From a bacterium (GTDB taxonomy: Bacteria > UBA8248), in contig OZ242260.1 in the NCBI GenBank assembly GCA_965207065.1, forward strand, positions 352,001-416,000: 64,000 nt of DNA, written 5' to 3'. How positions within the stretch are numbered: position 1 is the stretch's first letter; every line of letters starts with the position of its first letter. The position numbers and the translations under genes are program-made. This document shows, in pieces, positions 59,233-64,000 of the stretch. The notes beneath the pieces are model-generated. The model was given only the letters and a program-made list of their open reading frames with translations. It had not been told where the DNA came from and searched no databases.

Positions 59233-60357
59233 CTAGTCCGGCTTGAGCAGGACTTTCAGACACTCACCCGTGCCCGTGACCTCGATGCCCGCCTGCACCT
59301 GGGAGAGCGGCAGGCGGTGGGTGAAGATGTCGTCAATCGGCAGGTCCGTTCTGAGCAGCATGTCCATCGCCGGTTCGAACTGCACCTGGGGATACGCCCA
59401 TGAGCCGCAGATGTCCACGTCCTTGTTGCACACCTGGTGGGGCCTGATCTCCACCCCGCCCGGGTCGCCGTAATGCCCGACCTCGACGAGCTTCCCGCCG
59501 CGGCGGACGATGTCCAGCCCCTCGGCGAAGGCAGCGGGAACGCCTGCCGCCTCGATAACCACGTCGGGCCCCACGCCGTCCGTCCAGGAGAGGATCTGTT
59601 CTTTTCTTTCTTCCTGCGTGAGCGCCGACAGGCTCACCATCTTCGTGGCGCCGAATTTTCTGGAGAACGCGAGTCGTTCTTCGCTCATATCCACCGCGAT
59701 TATCTCGCCCGCCCCCATCGTCTTGAGAGAAGCCACAACGAGCAGACCGATGGGGCCCACGCCCATGACGGCGCACCGAGCGCCCACGCCGAACCCCTCC
59801 CCCGCGTAGGGGATGCCCGGCGAGAGCGAACGTCCCGCCGCTCTCTGGGCCACCGCCAGGGGTTCGCATAGCGTGGCGCGCTCGAGCGAGAGACCCTCGG
59901 GCAGCTTCAGGACGAAGGAGTTTCCCGGGATGTACATATATTCCGAAAACGCCCCGAAAAGGTGCGGCGCCTCGGCCGAGGTGCGGAAACCGAAAACCGT
60001 GCGGTTCGGGCACAACTGGGGCCGGTGCGGCGTGTGAATGCAGAACCAGCATTTCCCGCAGGCCTGGCTCCCCGGCGCCACGGTGATGGCGTCTCCTTCT
60101 TCGATGGGGCCGCCCACGATCTTCATGTTCGCATTCGCCAGGGGACCCATCTTCTCGACGATCCCGCTGAACTCATGACCCGGAATTACCGGCCACGCCA
60201 GGTTCAGGTTGCCCCCGTACATGTGCTTGTCCGAACCGCAGACGCCGACGGCGGACACCTTCATCAAAAGGGCGTCGTCCTCAATCTCGGGCATGGGGTA
60301 TTCACGCAGGGCGATCTCGCCCGGCTGTAGGATCGTGGCGGCCTGAACGGTGGACAT
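59233..60357 (-). CDS. Zn-dependent alcohol dehydrogenase (MDR)
   Basis: GVCGSD, GHE, CGKCWFC, GVGPIG. Confidence 0.93.
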   Translation of the reverse strand: MSTVQAATILQPGEIALREYPMPEIEDDALLMKVSAVGVCGSDKHMYGGNLNLAWPVIPGHEFSGIVEKMGPLANANMKIVGGPIEEGDAITVAPGSQACGKCWFCIHTPHRPQLCPNRTVFGFRTSAEAPHLFGAFSEYMYIPGNSFVLKLPEGLSLERATLCEPLAVAQRAAGRSLSPGIPYAGEGFGVGARCAVMGVGPIGLLVVASLKTMGAGEIIAVDMSEERLAFSRKFGATKMVSLSALTQEERKEQILSWTDGVGPDVVIEAAGVPAAFAEGLDIVRRGGKLVEVGHYGDPGGVEIRPHQVCNKDVDICGSWAYPQVQFEPAMDMLLRTDLPIDDIFTHRLPLSQVQAGIEVTGTGECLKVLLKPD

Positions 60358-60508
60358 CGAATCCGTCTCCTCGAAGCGATGGTTTTGAGCGCCGGAAATC
60401 GGCGCGGAGCGTCTCTGGAAGTTGTTATGAGCGCTACTTTAGCGTATCTCTAATTCCCGCCACAATGAACGCAGTGGAAGCGAACACCGAATTACTTGAG
60501 GAACCTTC

Positions 60509-61372
60509 ATGCCGCTCGATAAGACGCTCGCTATCTTCGGCTACCCCCTGGGGCATACGCTCTCGCCCGTCATGCACAACGCGGCGGCGCAGGCGCTGGG
60601 GCTGCCCTACCGTTTCACGGCGTATGAGGTGCACCCGGACCAGTACGAAGAAGCGGTTCGCGGCGCGGGCGCGATGGGTTTCGCGGGCTTTTGCGTCACC
60701 ATTCCCCATAAGGTCGCCACGTTCGAACTCGTGGACGACGTGAGCGAAGATGCGAGGCTCATGGGCGCGGTGAACATGGTGACGTTCGAGGAGGGCGGCA
60801 GGCTCAAGGGCCACAACACCGACGGCGCGGGCTGGCTCCGCTCCCTGGAAGAGGAAACGGGCGTATCGCCCAAAGGAAAAAGATGCCTGATTCTGGGCGC
60901 GGGCGGGGCCGCGCGGGCCATCGCCATCAAGCTTGCGCAAACCGGCGCGGCGCATATCGAGATTCGAAACCGCACGGCGGAAAAGGCGGTATCGCTGGCG
61001 GAAGAAGTGAAATCCCATTTTCCGAATACTGAAATTCACGGAGGTGGCCTGGATGCGCTTGAATCCGCCGCCCGAGAACGGGATATTATCGTCAACACGA
61101 CGAGCCTGGGGATGAGCGGGGATAAAGAAAGGGAGGCGGCCTGCTGTCTTCCCGAGGAGTTCATACCGCCGGATAGCATCTGCGCTGATGCGGTCTATAG
61201 CCCGCTCGACACCCCGTTTCTGAAGGCCGCCCGAAGAAAAGGCGCGCGCGCCGTCTCCGGTATCGGCTGGCTTTTACACCAGGGCGCCCTGGGCTGGGAG
61301 CTTTGGACAGGTACGCAGATGCCGGTCGAACATGTGCGCGAGAAGATGCTCGAAGCGCTTCAGAATCGATAG
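60509..61372 (+). CDS. aroE: Shikimate dehydrogenase
   Basis: GHTLSP.MHN, VTIPHK, GAVN, NTDG, GAGGAARA. Confidence 0.93.
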   Translation: MPLDKTLAIFGYPLGHTLSPVMHNAAAQALGLPYRFTAYEVHPDQYEEAVRGAGAMGFAGFCVTIPHKVATFELVDDVSEDARLMGAVNMVTFEEGGRLKGHNTDGAGWLRSLEEETGVSPKGKRCLILGAGGAARAIAIKLAQTGAAHIEIRNRTAEKAVSLAEEVKSHFPNTEIHGGGLDALESAARERDIIVNTTSLGMSGDKEREAACCLPEEFIPPDSICADAVYSPLDTPFLKAARRKGARAVSGIGWLLHQGALGWELWTGTQMPVEHVREKMLEALQNR

Positions 61373-61405
61373 TATCCACCTGAGACAAGGAGCCTGAGAA
61401 ATTCC

Positions 61406-62596
61406 ATGAGTATGCCTCTTGAGGGGATTCGCGTCCTCGATCTTTCCAGAATTCTGGCGGGACCGTTCTGCACCATGATGCTCGGCGACATGGGGGCCGA
61501 AGTCATCAAGGTCGAAAACCCCGTCGGCGGAGACGACACGCGCGGCTGGCCGCCTTTTTATGAGGGCGGCGAGAGCAGTTATTTCCAGTCCGTGAACCGC
61601 AACAAGAAAAGCCTCACGCTGAACCTGAAAGCCGAGGAAGGAAAATCGATTTTAAGGGGACTCGTCGAGGAATCGGACATCCTCATCCAGAATTTCCGGC
61701 CCGGCGCCATTGAGCGGCTCGGCTTCGACTGGGATACCTGCCACGCGCTCAACCCCCGGCTCATCTACGCCAGCGTCTCGGGCTACGGCCAGAGCGGCCC
61801 CTCCAAAGAGAGACCCGCCTACGACATCCTCCTGCAAGGCGAAGGGGGCCTCATGAGCATCACGGGCGCAGAAGGTGGCGGGGGCTTCAAGACGGGCATC
61901 GCCATCGCCGACCTCACCACCGCCATGTTCGCGACCCAGGGGATCCTGCTGGCCATCATCGCCCGCGAGAGGACGGGGAAGGGCCAGTACGTCGACACGG
62001 CGATCCAGGACGGACAAGCCGCGCTCATGAGCCACGCCGCGGGGAACTTCTTCGCAACGGGAACGCCTCCCGGACGGTTGGGGAACCGCCACCCGAGCAT
62101 CGCGCCGTACCGTGATTTTCCCTGCTCGGACGGGGAACTCATCGTCGCGGCGGCCAACGACTCCTTGTGGCAGCGGTTCGCCCGCGCCATCGGCAGGGCG
62201 GATCTGGCGGACGATCCAAAATGGGATACGAACGCGGCGCGCGTATCGGGGCGCGATGAACTGGAAGCGGAGATCGAGGAGACCATGCGGGTCAGGACCC
62301 GCGCGGAGTGGGCCGAAATCGTATCGGACGCCGGGGTGCCCTGCGGGCCGGTGCGGACGATCGAGGAGTTGTGCGCGGACCCGCAGATACATCACCGCGA
62401 GATGGTCGTCGAGATGGAACACGCGAGGACCGGCGTCCTGAAGGTGATGGGGAACCCCATGAAGCTCTCGGATACCCCCGGTGAAATCCGCATGCCACCT
62501 CCCCTGCTGGGAGAGCACACGGATGAAATTCTCACCAGCCTGCTCGGCAAGTCGGGTGAGGAAATCACCGCGCTGAAAGAAAAGGGCGTCGCCTAG
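61406..62596 (+). CDS. Family III (CaiB/BaiF) CoA-transferase
   Basis: PLEGIRVLDLSRILAGP, NRNKKS, NFRPG. Confidence 0.95.
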   Translation: MSMPLEGIRVLDLSRILAGPFCTMMLGDMGAEVIKVENPVGGDDTRGWPPFYEGGESSYFQSVNRNKKSLTLNLKAEEGKSILRGLVEESDILIQNFRPGAIERLGFDWDTCHALNPRLIYASVSGYGQSGPSKERPAYDILLQGEGGLMSITGAEGGGGFKTGIAIADLTTAMFATQGILLAIIARERTGKGQYVDTAIQDGQAALMSHAAGNFFATGTPPGRLGNRHPSIAPYRDFPCSDGELIVAAANDSLWQRFARAIGRADLADDPKWDTNAARVSGRDELEAEIEETMRVRTRAEWAEIVSDAGVPCGPVRTIEELCADPQIHHREMVVEMEHARTGVLKVMGNPMKLSDTPGEIRMPPPLLGEHTDEILTSLLGKSGEEITALKEKGVA

Positions 62597-62690
62597 CGCG
62601 TATGGGGAGCCAAGCCTTGTCAGACGCGGCCCTCGCCGATAGGATGCGGGAGAAATCGCGGACTTTACTCGACAGAAACGGAGAAACGCC

Positions 62691-63692
62691 CTGAGAACGG
62701 TCACGTATTCATTCAACTTCACCTTGCCCATCACGAACTGGTGCGTGAACCACTGCGGCTATTGCAGCTTCCGCAGCAGCGTTCCCCTCCTGCTCTCGAT
62801 GGAGGAGTGCGAACGGCTTGCGAGACAGGCCTACGCTCAGGGTGTGGTAGAGGCGCTCGTCATGACGGGCGAAGGTATCGACAGGCACAAGGGCCTCAAG
62901 AATCAGTTGAAAGAGTGGGGGTATGACTCCTACGCCGCCTACACGGCTGCGGTGTGCAAAATGTGCCTCGACGTCGGCCTGCTGCCCCACGCCAACATCG
63001 GCACGCTGGAGGAGTGGGAATACGAGATTCTAAAGCCCTACAACGTCTCGATGGGCATGATGATGGAGTCCGTGAGCCCCGAGGCCACGCGGGTCGCCCA
63101 CCGGACGGCGCCGACGAAAACGCCTGAGGTCCGGCTCGCCTCCCTGGAGGCGGCGGGCAAGCTCGGGGTCGCGTTCACGACGGGAATCCTCATCGGCATC
63201 GGGGAATCGCCCGCCGAGCGCGTGGAGACGCTCGAAGCCATCGCCGAGGTGCACAGTCGCTACGGACACATTCAGGAGATTATTCTGCAGCCATTGAATC
63301 CCCAGCCCCTGACGCCCATGGCCAGGTGGACCCGGCCGCCGGATGAAGATATTGCGGCGCTGATTCCAGAGGTGCAAAGGCTCATGCCGGGCGTGCACAT
63401 CCAGGTTCCGCCGAATCTGGTGGACGATCTGCTCGGCCTCATCATGGCGGGGGCGGACGACATCGGCGGCATCGCGCCGGAGCCGGATCACATCAACCCG
63501 AACCGCGGCTGGCCCAAACTGGGGAATCTCGACCAGTCCCTGCATCAGGAAGACATCGCCCTGCGCCTGCGGATGCCGGTGTATGACGAATTCATCGAGG
63601 CGGGCTGGTGTCCGCCCGAAACCATGCCCGCGCTCCGCCGGATGCTGGAGAGGCGCGAAGCGCAGGAAGCCCTGCCCCTGGAGATCGCATGA
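62691..63692 (+). CDS. cofG: FO synthase subunit 1 (radical SAM)
   Basis: TVTYS...CVNHCGYC, LLPHANIG, FTTGILIGIGE, YGHIQEIILQ, QVPPNL, DHINP; start ambiguous (see findings). Confidence 0.9.
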   Translation: MRTVTYSFNFTLPITNWCVNHCGYCSFRSSVPLLLSMEECERLARQAYAQGVVEALVMTGEGIDRHKGLKNQLKEWGYDSYAAYTAAVCKMCLDVGLLPHANIGTLEEWEYEILKPYNVSMGMMMESVSPEATRVAHRTAPTKTPEVRLASLEAAGKLGVAFTTGILIGIGESPAERVETLEAIAEVHSRYGHIQEIILQPLNPQPLTPMARWTRPPDEDIAALIPEVQRLMPGVHIQVPPNLVDDLLGLIMAGADDIGGIAPEPDHINPNRGWPKLGNLDQSLHQEDIALRLRMPVYDEFIEAGWCPPETMPALRRMLERREAQEALPLEIA

Positions 63693-64000
63693 ACGCCCTT
63701 TTCGCCCATGAAATTCTAGACGCCTTCGAGGCGGGAGATGAAATCTCGCGCGAGGGCGCAACCGCCCTGCTCGCCGAGAGTGATGAGGAACTCACCGAGC
63801 GCCTCTATGAGACAGCGGACGCGGAGAGGAAGAAAACCGTCGGCGACGAGGTGAGCTACGTCATCAACGCGAACGTGAATTTCACGAACGTGTGCTACAC
63901 GGATTGCAAATACTGCGGCTTCTGGCGGCGCCCGAACGCACCGGACGCCTATACGCACGACGACGACGTGCTGCGCGAGAAATTCGAGCGCGCCAGGGAT
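63689..64000 (+). CDS. cofH: FO synthase subunit 2 (CofH family radical SAM), 5' part
   Basis: Not in the ORF track (open at the window end). ATGA overlap with cofG; VGDEVSYVINANVNFTNVCYTDCKYCGF. Confidence 0.85.
   Translation, partial: MNALFAHEILDAFEAGDEISREGATALLAESDEELTERLYETADAERKKTVGDEVSYVINANVNFTNVCYTDCKYCGFWRRPNAPDAYTHDDDVLREKFERARD

Overview
GC-rich bacterial DNA in two parts. (1) About 1-7,100 looks like the leading region and right end of an integrative/conjugative element. It carries minus-strand genes for a DUF2493/SLOG-like protein (partial), DUF4326, SSB, an unannotated 44-aa acidic protein, a four-repeat Cys4 zinc-finger protein and small hypotheticals. These are separated by an unusually dense series of 130-350 nt fold-back structures. 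One has the geometry of an Frpo-type single-stranded-DNA promoter and is followed by a cloverleaf that may be an ncRNA. An IS110/IS1111 element sits in this region. Its transposase is inactivated by a nonsense codon, but its ends, circle-junction promoter and bridge/seek-RNA guides can be read directly from the sequence and match its own insertion site. (2) About 7,300-64,000 is chromosomal metabolism: TPP riboswitch-thiC, four luciferase-like monooxygenases, a DUF1302-DUF1329-YCF48-RND operon, a sugar-type ABC transporter, leuCD-like genes, hemE-hemH-hemY, tRNA-Cys, glgX-glgB, tarD, a SorT-like sulfite dehydrogenase, an amidase, aroE, a CoA-transferase and cofG-cofH. Its intergenic spaces hold many GTAG/CGTC REP palindromes and MITE-like mosaics. 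All calls are by-eye motif recognition and no database searches were run. Several start codons were adjusted from the ORF track using RBS position.
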